Part shown: positions 1-11,900 of the stretch, piece by piece
How the letters are laid out: every line of letters begins with the position of its first letter
Position numbering within the stretch: position 1 is the first letter of the stretch
From: Rhynchobatus australiae
Lineage: Eukaryota
DNA length: 64,000 bases
Direction: 5' to 3'
NCBI GenBank assembly: GCA_034780895.1
Contig: JAUZTB010000084.1
Location: forward strand, 4,863,936-4,927,935
Program-made: the position numbers and the translations under genes
The notes under the pieces: model-generated
The model's input: the letters and a program-made list of their open reading frames with translations, nothing else
Databases searched by the model: none
What the model was told of the DNA's origin: nothing

Positions 1-388
1 TTTTCCTCTTAAACCTTATTACCTTAAACCTATGCCTTCTTGTTTTAGACACCTCTGATAAGGGGAAAAGTTCCCCTCTGATAAGGGGAAAAGGGGTAGG
101 AGACTGAGAGGAGATCTGAGCAAGATTTTTTTTCAGCCAGAGGGTAGCTGGAATCTGGAACACACTGCCCGAGAGGTAGTGGAGGCAGAGACTCTTTATG
201 AATGCTGGAGCAACAAACAATCTGCTGGAAGAACTCAGTGAGTCTAGCAGCTTCTGTGTGAGGAAAGGAATTGTCGACATTTCAGGTTGAAACTCTGCAT
301 CAGGACTCCTCTCTATGAATTCTTGCTGATTTGAGGTTGATGTTGCCATTTGGAGATAAACTGGTAACTTTTGCTGTTATTTCTGTAG

Positions 389-510
389 GGGTATCAATCA
401 AGCATTGCTCTGAGGAACAGGTACCAATTCCAATGGTCATCCTTCCCTTCATGCCACACGGAGACCTCCGCAGCTACCTTCATAATGCAAGGCACACAAG
501 AAATGCCATG
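389..510 (+). CDS. TAM-family receptor tyrosine kinase, kinase-domain exon (first exon in window; gene begins upstream)
   Basis: ttctgtag acceptor and ATG|gtaacc donor. Encodes (G)VSIKHCSEEQVPIPMVILPFMPHGDLRSYLHNARHTRNAM; PMVILPFMxxGDL is the TAM hinge motif. Confidence 0.92.
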
Positions 511-2418
511 GTAACCAGATCTGAATTGCACTGAACCTCTGAAACTCCCTCCACATGAAGTGCTCCAAACCTGAGCATTTCTCACGCGGCTCTGGGACAC
601 TTCTCTCACTTTGTAAAATCTCCATTAGAAGGTGACAAAGCAGGAGAAGGGTTATGCAATTTCCATGCCCTTTTGCCACAGACTATTGTGTCCGTAGATT
701 CTTACCATACACTAGTGCAGAACTCTCCAGACTCAATGACAGTAGACTGCTTTAAAATAGATTCGTTAGTATCCCAGGGCCCTTCATGGGAACAGTAATG
801 AAACAAAATTCAGCACCAAGCCACATAAGATTATGAATCAGTTTAGACAAGGAGATAGGTTAAAGGAGCATCTTAAGGAAGGAAGGGCAAAACTGTCCAT
901 TGGCTTGAGTGTGACAACTCACAGAGAATCAAACAGCAACAAACATTCTGCTGGAGGAACTCAGCAGGTGGAGCAGCATCTGTGGAAGGAAAGGAATTGT
1001 CAACCCTGCATTAGGACCGAGAGTGGAGAGGCCAGAGGGCCAGTATTAAAGAGGAGAAGGGGAGTGGTGAGGAAGGAGTCTGAGATGATTGGTGCACTGA
1101 GGAGAGGTATAAGATGACAGGTAGGGAAGGGGAGCAGGGGTGAAGCTGGGAAACAGTCACTGATGACTGATAGATGGAGGCAGACAGAGAGAGAGGATGA
1201 AAGACCTCACAGAGGAGGATGTTGGGTGGTTAATGGTGGCTAATGATTACAGTCTCAGAACATTATCACAGGAGCCCCTCAGGCAGTCTCCTTGGTCTAA
1301 CTGCTTCACCAATACCTTTCTTCTACCATAAGATCATAAGTAGGGGTGTTCATTGACTCCACGATGTTCAATTCCATTCACAACAGCTTGGACAATGGAT
1401 CAGCCTGTGCCTGCAAGCCCTAAACAAGATACAGTCATGGGCTGATAAGTAGTAAATATTCGCATGACATAAATACTGGCCAATGACCATCTCTGACACA
1501 AGACAGTCTAACCACCTGTCCTTGACATTCAATAGCATTACCATTGATGAGATGCCCACCATCAGCACCCTGGGGGAGGTCATCATTGATCAGAAAATTA
1601 ATTGGACCGCCAGCCATGCAAATGCAGGAATAGGTCAGAGACTGGCCATCTTGATGAGTAACCCAACTCCTTATTCCCCAAACCCTTTCTGCCATCTACA
1701 AACCAAAAGTCAGGAATGTGATGGAATACTGTTCATTTGCCTAGATGAATGAAGTTACCAATCAAGACAAAGCATCCAAAAATCTGGCAGAGGGTCTTCT
1801 ANNNNNNNNNNNNNNNNNNNNNNNNNNNNNNNNNNNNNNNNNNNNNNNNNNNNNNNNNNNNNNNNNNNNNNNNNNNNNNNNNNNNNNNNNNNNNNNNNNN
1901 NNNNNNNNNNNNNNNNNNNNNNNNNNNNNNNNNNNNNNNNNNNNNNNNNNNNNNNNNNNNNNNNNNNNNCAACTCTCAAAGATTTCTACAGCAGTATTTA
2001 TAAAACCCACAACCTCTTTCACCCAGAAGTGGGCACATGGGAACATCACCAACTTTAAATTCCCATCCAACTCATACAGAGTCCTGATTTGGAAATAGCT
2101 GCTTTTTTTGCTGAGTCTAAATTCTGAAATGCTTTACCTATCGAAATTTGTGAAAGGACCTTTAAGGTACAAGTTGGCAGGTTTTAAGAAGTTGGGTCAC
2201 TAACACCTTTTCAGGAGAATTAGAGATGGGTGTTACAGCACTACCTCAGTAGGCAAGGGAGTGTCAGCCTGGACTGGGACTTGATCCTGCAACCTTCTGA
2301 CAAACACAAAAGATAATGCCCTCCATTGAGCTACAACTGACATTAAATCATGTGTGGGGACCAGTAACTGGAAGAGTTATACCCATGGTAAGGTCATACC
2401 TTTTTTCTCTCTTACTAG

Positions 2419-2528
2419 CATTTACCAGCGCAGATTCTCCTGAAGTTCATGGTGGACATTGCCTCTGGGATGGAGTATCTGAGTAATCAAGGCTTCCTAC
2501 ACAGAGACCTGGCAGCTCGAAACTGTAT
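2419..2528 (+). CDS. TAM-family RTK exon, catalytic loop
   Basis: cttactag acceptor and AT|gtaagt donor, 110 nt. Encodes [36 protein letters not shown](M). Not in the ORF track; translated by hand. Confidence 0.95.
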
Positions 2529-3760
2529 GTAAGTAGAGGGTGGGAGGAAGTAGAGTATAGAGGAGGCTTGATTTCCTCACCATGTGGCCATCAGCTATTG
2601 TTCAGGGTTGAGCTAAGTGACACATATTTGGTTTATAGTAAATACAACAGAGTAGTCAAATACTTGGGAAAGAGGAAAAGAAGCTCAGTGGATCCTGCCC
2701 CCCACTGCTATACAGTGACTTCTGTTGGAAAGTGTCTGAATATGGATGCTGAATGAGCATATGATCAGGGTGACATCTTACAGATCGAAGCTCGCTTTAT
2801 TTAATTAATTTAAATTTACACTGTCCCGTCACACACTCCCAGAACAGGTATAGCATCGGTTAGACAGAGAGTAAAACTTCTCCTACACTGTTCATTCAAA
2901 TATTCCCTGCTCAGGTATAGCACATTAGATACAAAATAAAGCGTCACCTGTACTGGAGTGAAAAACCAACTGCTGCAGTAACTCAGCGGGTCAATTTGGA
3001 GCAAAAAAACAAACTGCTGAAGGAACTCAGCAGATCAGGCAGCATCTGTGGAGGGAAATGGACAGTCAACGTTTTGGGTCAAGGCCCTTCATCTGGACTG
3101 GATGAAACATTGACTGTCCATTTACCTCCACNNNNNNNNNNNNNNNNNNNNNNNNNNNNNNNNNNNNNNNNNNNNNNNNNNNNNNNNNNNNNNNNNNNNN
3201 NNNNNNNNNNNNNNNNNNNNNNNNNNNNNNNNNNNNNNNNNNNNNNNNNNNNNNNNNNNNNNNNNNNNNNNNNNNNNNNNNNNNNNNNNNNNNNNNNNNN
3301 NNNNNNNNNNNNNNNNNNNNNNNNNNNNNNNNNNNNNNNNNNNNNNNNNNNNNNNNNNNNNNNNNNNNNNNNNNNNNNNNNNNNNCGATCTTCACTGAAG
3401 AAGTTTTGCAAGGGACCAATCAACTCTACGCGTTGCAGGGTACAAACCAACAACCTCCAATGAAATGTATGTCTCCATACAGAGATATCAGAAGGTAGTA
3501 ACAACTTGGATTTATCCATTCCTTGCATATAGTGAAATATACCAACTTCCCACAACATTGCTGAGTTGACTAGGTTTGTACTGTAGGAACTGCATTGCGA
3601 CTGAAACAAGCTTGTTTGACTGTCATACTGAAAGTGATAACTCTCCACACCCCATCACAGTGGATAGAATTGGATGAAAGCATTCTGCCTTAAGGCACTA
3701 ATAGACTCCTCTCTCTAATATCCATTCCACAATGCTCCCATCCTCACCCACCCCCTGCAG

Positions 3761-3920
3761 GTTGTGTGATAGCATGCAGGTTTGTGTTGCTGATTTTGGT
3801 TTGTCTAAAAAGATCTACACCAGCAATTACTATCGTCAGACGGCAGTTTCAAAGATGCCAGTGAAATGGATGGCAATTGAGAGCATGGCAGAGATGATCT
3901 TCTCAACTAAAAGCGATGTG
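3761..3920 (+). CDS. TAM-family RTK exon, DFG motif and activation loop
   Basis: cctgcag acceptor and GTG|gtaagt donor, 160 nt. Encodes [53 protein letters not shown]. Confidence 0.95.
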
Positions 3921-4109
3921 GTAAGTTGAACTTTAATACACTTAGCAGAGTTGGAGGGTAATTAGTATTCNNNNNNNNNNNNNNNNNNNNNNNNGCTGCT
4001 TCAGTGTTGAAACAGCTTTTGTTGAGTTGTGGCAGGAATTCACAACTACAGCACCAATTAACCTCTGGCAGGCATTAGCAGGTCAAGTTTGGTCTTTGTA
4101 AGAAAGGAT

Positions 4110-4590
4110 TTATTAGTATCAAGAAGAGATATACAAGGCTAACTCCTTGGATGACAGGGTTATCCTATCGTGAATAGTTAAAAAGGTTAGATCTGTATTC
4201 TTTGTAGTTTAGGGTTAATCTTACTGAAACATTTAAGATCCTGAGGAACCATGATAGAGTAGATGTTAAGGTGGGAGAGTCTTGAACAAGGGTCTACTAC
4301 AATTAAGCGGGTGGTCATTTAAAACTGAGGTGCAGAAGAATTTCTTCTCATGGAAGGTGGTCAATCCCTGGAATCCTCTACCTCAGCGGGCTGAAGGGGG
4401 CTAAATCACTGGAGGTATTTAAATGGGAGCTAAATACACTTGTGAAAGTTCAAGGAATTGAGGACTAGGGCAACGCACAGCAGATGGGTTGACAGGGGTA
4501 GAGCAGCCATTATCATATGGAATGGTAGGGCAAGCTTAAGAGGCTGAGTGGCCTACTCCTATTCCCATTTTCTTGTGTTCTTATGTTCAC
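4110..4590 (+). mobile_element. CR1/L2-type LINE 3' remnant
   Basis: Decayed RT C-terminal coding sequence (LSY..RL..L.LYSL) followed by the tggcctactcct...ttcttgtgttcttatgtt tail seen repeatedly in this window. Confidence 0.6.
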
Positions 4591-5820
4591 AGCAGTAGGG
4601 AAACGTCAACAAGATTCTTCAGCACGAGCCCAGTTAGTGCTGGTGAGTGAAAGGAATCACAGATTAACCAAAATCCTGTCCCCTTCTCAAAGGATTGCCC
4701 TGTCACCAGTGGCTATAGAAAGCAAACACCATATTGGCCTTCAATACTAGGGGATTGAAGGAAGTAGATATATTTTTGAAAGATCATGTATGTGGAACTG
4801 ACACAGGAGTTGGGACTTGGGGCAGATTCAGCCATGATCATATAAAATGGCAGGGGCCATTGTCTCGAGGGGCTGAAAGCCCTGTTTCTGCTCCTATTTT
4901 CTTTGGTTCTTCTTTGACATCATAGTTTCAAGTGGAGAACACTGGTTAGGGGACAGGAATAGATAACTTTGATCTCTTTCTTTCCCTCGCTGAAGAAGTT
5001 TTGCAAGGGACTAATAAACTCTACGCGTTGCAAGGTACAAACCAACAACCTCCAATGAAATGTATGTCTCCATACCTTATCAAGTAGTGGTTTTGCCTAC
5101 CATGATATTAGGGAATGGATTGGGTGCCAACCTCTAATCTTTTTACAGATCTTGACTAGTGTACAGAGGCATCAGAAGGTAGTAACAACTTGGATTTATC
5201 CATTCCTTGCATATAGTGAAATATCCTAAGACCCCTCGTAGTGAGAAAATTCATATATATACTGACACTAAAAGCCACTTAAGGGGATATTTGATTGGTA
5301 ACCAAATGGTTGGTCAAAAGGTAGGATTTAAGGATGTTTTAAGGGAAGAAAGAGTATGGAGAGGCTTAAGAAGAAAATCTAGAGCTTCGTGTCCAAGCAG
5401 CTGAAGGTACCACAACCAATCATGTGACAAAGGAAGTTGTGATATAAAGTGGTCACAATTAGAGGAACAGAGCTTTCAGAAGTTTGCTTGGCTGGATGAT
5501 GACATGGAGATAGGGAGGGTCAAGGCCATGGCAGGCATTGAACTCACAGGGAGTAGAGGTAACTTTATGTGCAATGTTGGATCTAGAAGCAGTGTTCAGT
5601 CAGTGAGAGGAGAGCTGATGGGGTAATCAGCAATTAATGCAAGTTGGGATACAGGGATGGGAATGCTTCTACTGAGTTTATGGAGGATTAGTCAATGGGA
5701 TGATAGCCCAAAGGATGTCGGTGTAGTCAGACCTGATGGTTACCTCATTGGTCAACTGCGTGGGAATGAGGCCACAATGCAGCAGGTCCTCTTTAATCCC
5801 TATCTCTCCCCTGTTCACAG

Positions 5821-5957
5821 TGGGCCTTCGGGGTGACGATGTGGGAGATTGTGACTCTGGGAAAGACACCATATCCTGGCATACAGAATCATGAGATTTA
5901 TGACTTCCTACATGCAGGGCATCGGCTGAAGCAACCTTCTGATTGTCTTGACAAACT
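5821..5957 (+). CDS. TAM-family RTK exon, kinase subdomains IX-X
   Basis: ttcacag acceptor and CT|gtaagt donor, 137 nt. Encodes [45 protein letters not shown](L); phase matches both neighbours. Confidence 0.95.
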
Positions 5958-7088
5958 GTAAGTACCACCATCTCCCCTTCTTCATACTAATGTGATTCTC
6001 TGATTGATAAATGGAACAAAGCACGTGTAACCTGGAAGATCAGTTAAGCAGAGACTGTCAGAGCTGAGTTTGTTCACCCTAGAGCAAAAGGTCTTGGGGA
6101 GAATTAACAGAGGTTCTGAATTCTAAAGGATATTAAGAGAGTAAAGGAGGTTGTTAACCGGGGGATGCAGATATACAGTAAGATAATTGGCCAAAATCCC
6201 AGTGGGAAATGAGAATTTTTGGTTTACACAGCGAGCTGTTGTGATCTGGAATGCATTGTCTGAAAGGACAGTGGAAGCAGGTCCAAAAAGAATGTTGAAA
6301 ATGGAACTGGGTGAAAGTAAAAATTGTCAGGGTACTGGGAGAGCAGGGGGAGTGGGGAGAGGCTTATGATGGCCTTGCAACATGGAAGGAAGGCATTTAC
6401 TTCATCAGGTCTATTGGCCCTCTGATCATTCCCATCAATCCCGTTCATTCCCCGCTTATTTCCCTGTAACATATTCTCCCCCCCCCCCTTGCTTATCAAC
6501 TCCCCCCATTCTCCTACCACTTACACACACAACGTAATTTACAGTGGCCAATTAACCTACCAACCCATCTTTGGGATATGGGTAGAAACCAGACTATCCA
6601 GAGGAAACCAACATAGTCACAGAGAACATGCATATGCTACACAGGTGGCACCAGAGGTCAGGACTTCACCTTAGAAATTGTGACCAGGATAAATTTTTGA
6701 TTAGTTGCATCATTTAGAGGAACCTTATTCTTTGGTTCATCACCTGTGAGACATTAACATGGGCAGAAACTAGTTTTAAAGACAGGCCCATGGCCAACAA
6801 ATACACAGCTGGTGAATAAGAGTGGGGATTCATGTCACTTAACCCTTTATCAGTTAATAGATTGATTATAACTCCAGGTGTCTGTCCAGTTTACAATGGG
6901 CAGAACTATACCCATGCCCTGTCATTTTGCAACCATGTTGTAATTGATTGTTTCCAGTAAAGTTTAAAGATTTCCTTTTCAACATGGGTAGCCCTAGAAT
7001 TGTTTCATGACATACTTTTTAACAGATGACCCTGGGTTCAGGGTTGAAATAGGAGCTCTCTTTGCTGACTTCTGTAATCACTTTGCAG

Positions 7089-7353
7089 GTACCACCTTAT
7101 GTTCAGCTGTTGGTTCCTGAAGCCAGAGCAGCGACCAACCTTCAGTGAGCTCAGGCTACAACTCCAGGAGCTCCTCTCCACCCTGCCCTCCCTTGACAAC
7201 CAGGACGTGGCCTACTACATAAATATTGAGGCAAATGGGGTGGTGACCAATGCGATGGGCAAGCACATTGACCAGGCAGATGAGATGGAGAACATTTGTG
7301 CAGTGAAGTTGGATGATGATGAAGAGAGGAAACTCTGGGAAGGAAAGGTTTGA
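7089..7353 (+). CDS. TAM-family RTK terminal coding exon
   Basis: tttgcag acceptor. Encodes YHLMFSCWFLKPEQRPTFSELRLQLQELLSTLPSLDNQDVAYYINIE...LWEGKV*, with subdomain XI and a YxN docking motif. Confidence 0.9.
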
Positions 7354-8609
7354 GCACCAGATGAAAACAGCACTGAGCAGATTATGGAAGTGAATCTTGT
7401 ACTTATCTAACAAAAGTGGATTGAACCTTTGGAGCATGCAGTTGAACATAATTATTCCTGTTGTTTTTGTTCCTTGAAAGTTATACTTTCAACAGAGGGA
7501 AGGTTCATGATGATGATGCATGAAGAGGTGGCAGTTAGCGCCGTATCTGAATGGACAATAAGGTCTCCTGCTACATGCAGCCAACCATCTGCATGCTGTC
7601 TGAAAACGAGTGCAAGACCTTCACAAAGATGGAAGGGGGCCCTAATGAGCTTGTTTTCCAGCTTTAAATTCACAGCAAGCATCTGTGGAAAGAAAAGCTG
7701 CTAACATTTCAGGTTGAAGATCCTTTCTGTTTTTATTTCAGGTTTCCAGCCTCTGCAATTTTTTTCTTGTTTTTTTGTGCTCTGTAATTCCCCTGCTTCC
7801 AAAACTCAGACCTGGTTGCAGAGACAGCAGCTCAGGGGATCAAAAAAAAACAGAAACAAATTAGTTTAGGTGTTGGTATTGACAAGAAACAACCAGCAGG
7901 TCTGGTGGCACCTACAGGGTGATTGCTTCAGTGTTGATAATGTGTGCCATTGTAATACCTTATGAATGCCACCAAGTGGTGCTGTTGCAGTGTTAATGCA
8001 CAGATCACTCATTCATACTGTGCAAAAAGAGGCCATTTGGCTCACTCTGCTGGCAACCTGAAAGCCCTCTCCCACTGATCGTACTTTCCTCTTCTCTGTC
8101 TCCACAGACTTTTTGAGGTCTTTATTCTCTATCGAAAGTTCTGAGTGAATCTGCTTCCACTGCCCTTTAGGCAATCCAGATCACAACAACCAACTCTGTA
8201 AATAAAGAAAAGCTCCTCATGTCTGCTCTAGTTCGTGTGTAAAATACCTCATATCTACGTCCTTTGGTTGCTGGTGAAGACCAGACGTTATGTTTGCACA
8301 TCAACTCATGTTTAGTTATTTAATGTCTGAACTGGTGGAATAGCATGTTATTTCCTTTAAGCCAGGTAACTGCTCCCAGTGCCAGCACTGAGGGCGAGCT
8401 GTACTGTCAGATGTTCTACCTTTAGGATGAGAAAGTAAACTAAAGGGGCTGTAGATATTCTCACAGCATCATTTCAAAGGGCAGCAGAGTTGTCCTTGGT
8501 GTTTCCAGCCAGTATTTATTCAAACAATACAAAAGATGGATTATCAGCTTATTAACTGTGTTGTTTGTGGGATCCTACTGTGTATAAACCAGCTATTAAA
8601 AAGAAACTA

Positions 8610-8973
8610 CAGTAAAAGTCTGATAATTCAGCACTCTCAGGACTTTGGTCGTGCAGGGCTGGCAGATTTTCCACACTATTGGGCATTATTCCTATTAATA
8701 TACTAATACACTTTTAATTCAGCTTTTTAAAAATGTTACGCAGTATTATAATAAATTTTGCAGTGAACCCGTTAAGTTTAAAGGAAGTGCAAAAATGGGA
8801 ATAGGGTTCTGAACAGCTTAAAGAATGCACCACCACTGGGTCCTTGGTGATTTGGAAGGTAGCACAGGAACCAGGGCCCCAGTGAGTCAGAAGGGAACAT
8901 GACAGACATCACCTGGTGAGCCAGATATCAAACCACTGGGACATCTACAGAGTTGGATATTGGAGTTCTACTG
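8610..8973. mobile_element. Tigger/pogo-like non-autonomous DNA transposon (MITE), decayed
   Basis: Imperfect terminal inverted repeats: CAGTAAAAGTCTGATAATTC at the left and GGATATTGGAGTTCTACTG at the right; preceded by TA. Confidence 0.55.
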
Positions 8974-11900
8974 CACTTTCAAAAATACTTCATTGTTGTG
9001 AGAACTTCTGGGTCTCCGGAGGTCATGCAGGACACTATTTAGATTCAAATCTTTCTTTCATTCATTGGAACACTGGTTCCTTGTTATGAACAACAGTTTC
9101 TAACCTCCAATTCAGTTAGGGAAATTCTCAGACTATTCCTGGTCAGTCAGTCAGCCTTGAGCAATAAAGGGTCAGTCCCATAGTGGAGTTTGAATTCCAT
9201 AATGGTAGGTGGAGAAAATTAAATAATTCGGCATTCCAGTACTAGGGTCCAACCAAAATCTAATTGTCTTAAAAACTCATCTGGTTTATCACTGCATTTC
9301 AGGGAAAGAAATCTGCTACCCCTACCCAATGGTTCATGTGTGGTTCCAGATCCGTGCCAATGTAATTGACTCTTACTTGCAGTGTCAAATTTTCTGGTAA
9401 GCCAGTTAATTCAGGCCAATTAGGAAAAATATATACCGCACTTACCAGCAATGTCTATGTCTCTTGAATGAATAAACAAAGGTGATTGTTTTGGATCTCA
9501 AGGTTGGCCTTACCAATATTGTTGCTGTGTGCTACTTGTTAGCAAGCTGATGAATGATATTGTAGCAAAAACAGTTTCTTCAAATAAAAGCGCTGCACAG
9601 TTTAAAATTGGCTTCATTGGAAGGAAAGTAATATGGTTCACATTCCTGGGTGTCCTGAAACCTACTGGGAAGTTCAAACACTGCTTTTCTTTATGGCAGG
9701 ATTTTCACTTAACCCAGCACTATCTTACTGGCATTAAACTTCTCCAAATGACGTTAGTAATAGTGCGACACCCAAAACTTATCTCCAGTGACCTGACTAA
9801 ATGACCATTCTTATTTATGCACAGAATGACCTGCTCTCATTGACCCTGTATCCTGCAAAACAATGCTATTTCAAGGGCTAAGACCAAAACAGCATTCTTT
9901 GCAAATAAGTGGAGTAACACTGGAGTTTGGGTGTTCTTGCACATGAAACACAAAAGGTTAGCATGCAGGTGAAACAAGTAATTAAGAAGGTAAATGACAC
10001 GTTAGCCTTTATTTCCTGAGAAGTTGGCGTTTAAAAATAGAGAAGTATTGTTGCAATTGTACACTGTGTTGGCGAGGCTGCACCTGGAGAACTGTGTACA
10101 ACTCTGGTCCTCTTAAGGCTTGAGTGGCCATGTAACTTACTCCTGCTCCAATTTTCTTCAGTTCTTGTCCTCAATGAGATATGTGATCTTCTGCTGGTCC
10201 TCAAAACAGCCTCACTTTTGTCCTGAACTGTGTTCTCAATGAACGTCAGGGTTCACGGTCACTCTTGGCTTCCTTGCTTCATGACCATTCCAGGCTGCTG
10301 CTGCTAGTCACTTCGGAACTAGGGAGATCACCCAAGTTCCATTCTCAAGGAGAGCAGATGTTATCTAATTTTCCTTGTGTAGACACAGAAATTTCCCACT
10401 ATTGCAGGCTTCCTCAAATAGTCTGAAATTACATTCATATTGTATTACTTCTCAGAATGACTTGCCAAGAGTGGTTAGCTTTGAACTGAGGATGTCTGCA
10501 GGTTATTCACCAATCTGCCTAGGTCCCCCTGATGTTCTGGGATCACTTTCCCGAATCATCATTGCAGTGTCTATTCTTCCCTGCTCAGAGGCTGAAAGAG
10601 GACTGCTTGTAATGTGCACTGCACTTTCTCTGTACTGTATACACTTTACTCTGTACATCAGCGCACTCTGTACTGACCCAATGTAACTGCACTGTGTAAT
10701 GAATTGACTTGTATGATCGGTATGCAAGACAAGTTTTTCACTGTACCTCAGTACAAGTGACAATAATAAACCAATACCAATACCTCCCTTTAAGGGATGA
10801 CAGCCGAGGTCCAAGATGAAAGATCTTGGAAAGGTCAATAGAATTGCACGTGCAGAAAGAGACAGAGCATTGGTAAACCAAACAATGTTGTCTGGAACCC
10901 TACACCTGAAGATTACATTGTTGATGAGACTTGGTTACAATATCCCACAACATTGTCTTAATGCCTTTCCTGCACCCCAATCTTTTAAGATAAAGCTCAC
11001 ATCTAGTCTATACCATTCATATAGACTAGAGCCGTGTGCAGACACAGGTGTAGACTTCACAAGGGGGCCCTGTGGGCATTCTACCTGGAACAGCAGATCA
11101 TCTATCACAGGTAAAACTGTGACTGAGAGTAAAAATAAGTGACAATGGAGATAAGAGACTGCAGATACTTGAATCTGGAGCAACAAACAATCTGCTGGAG
11201 AAACTCAGCAGGTTGAGCAACATCTGTGGGAGGGGTAAGGAACTGTTGACATTTTGGGTCGAAACCCTGCAGAAGTGACAATGGCTTCATTAAAAGAGAT
11301 AAACACGGTATCAAGTGCTGGATAGCAGCTGCATGTTATGTATGGTTACAGCCATTTATTCAATTATTTTTAAGCAAACGATAAAGATATTACAAAAACA
11401 ACAATTAGTGACAATAGATTTTGAGGTTAATATTAAGAATTATTTGTTTACAAAGTTGTAACAGTAGTATTTTAGAGTTGGAGGAAGTTTAACATTAAGA
11501 ACAAGAAATGGTGAATCAACCAGAATACATTAAAGAGTTCCTGCCACCTATCCCTCAAAACACTCTATTCAGAAACAACTTTTCTGGCCAGCATCTCACT
11601 ACCCAAGGTAACCATGGCATATGGGATTGGGTGGAAAAGTGGATCTTGAGATCAAAGATCAGCCTTTGGATGGGAAGCAGACTTGAGGGGCCATGTGGCC
11701 TACTCCTACTTCATATGTTCTTATGCTGTGCTCAAATTGGCTGCCATGTTTCTTACATTGCAACAGTGGCTACACTTCAAAACTTCATTGGCTGTAAAGC
11801 ACTTTGTAATGTCATGGGGCTGTGAATATCATTATATATAAATTTTTAACTGAGCAGCTTTTCCTTTTAGTGGAAACCTAAATTTTGCTAAAAATGCCAA

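Noticed and set aside
7495-7704. Possible extra TAM C-terminal exon (EGRFMMM...) after an acceptor-like ttcaacag
   Set aside because: The only nearby donor is phase 0 and would give an immediate stop in this segment, and the ORF ends in repeat sequence.
10140-10600. Exon-like minus-strand sequence between the kinase and micropeptide genes
   Set aside because: Stops in all frames examined and no recognisable homology; insufficient support.
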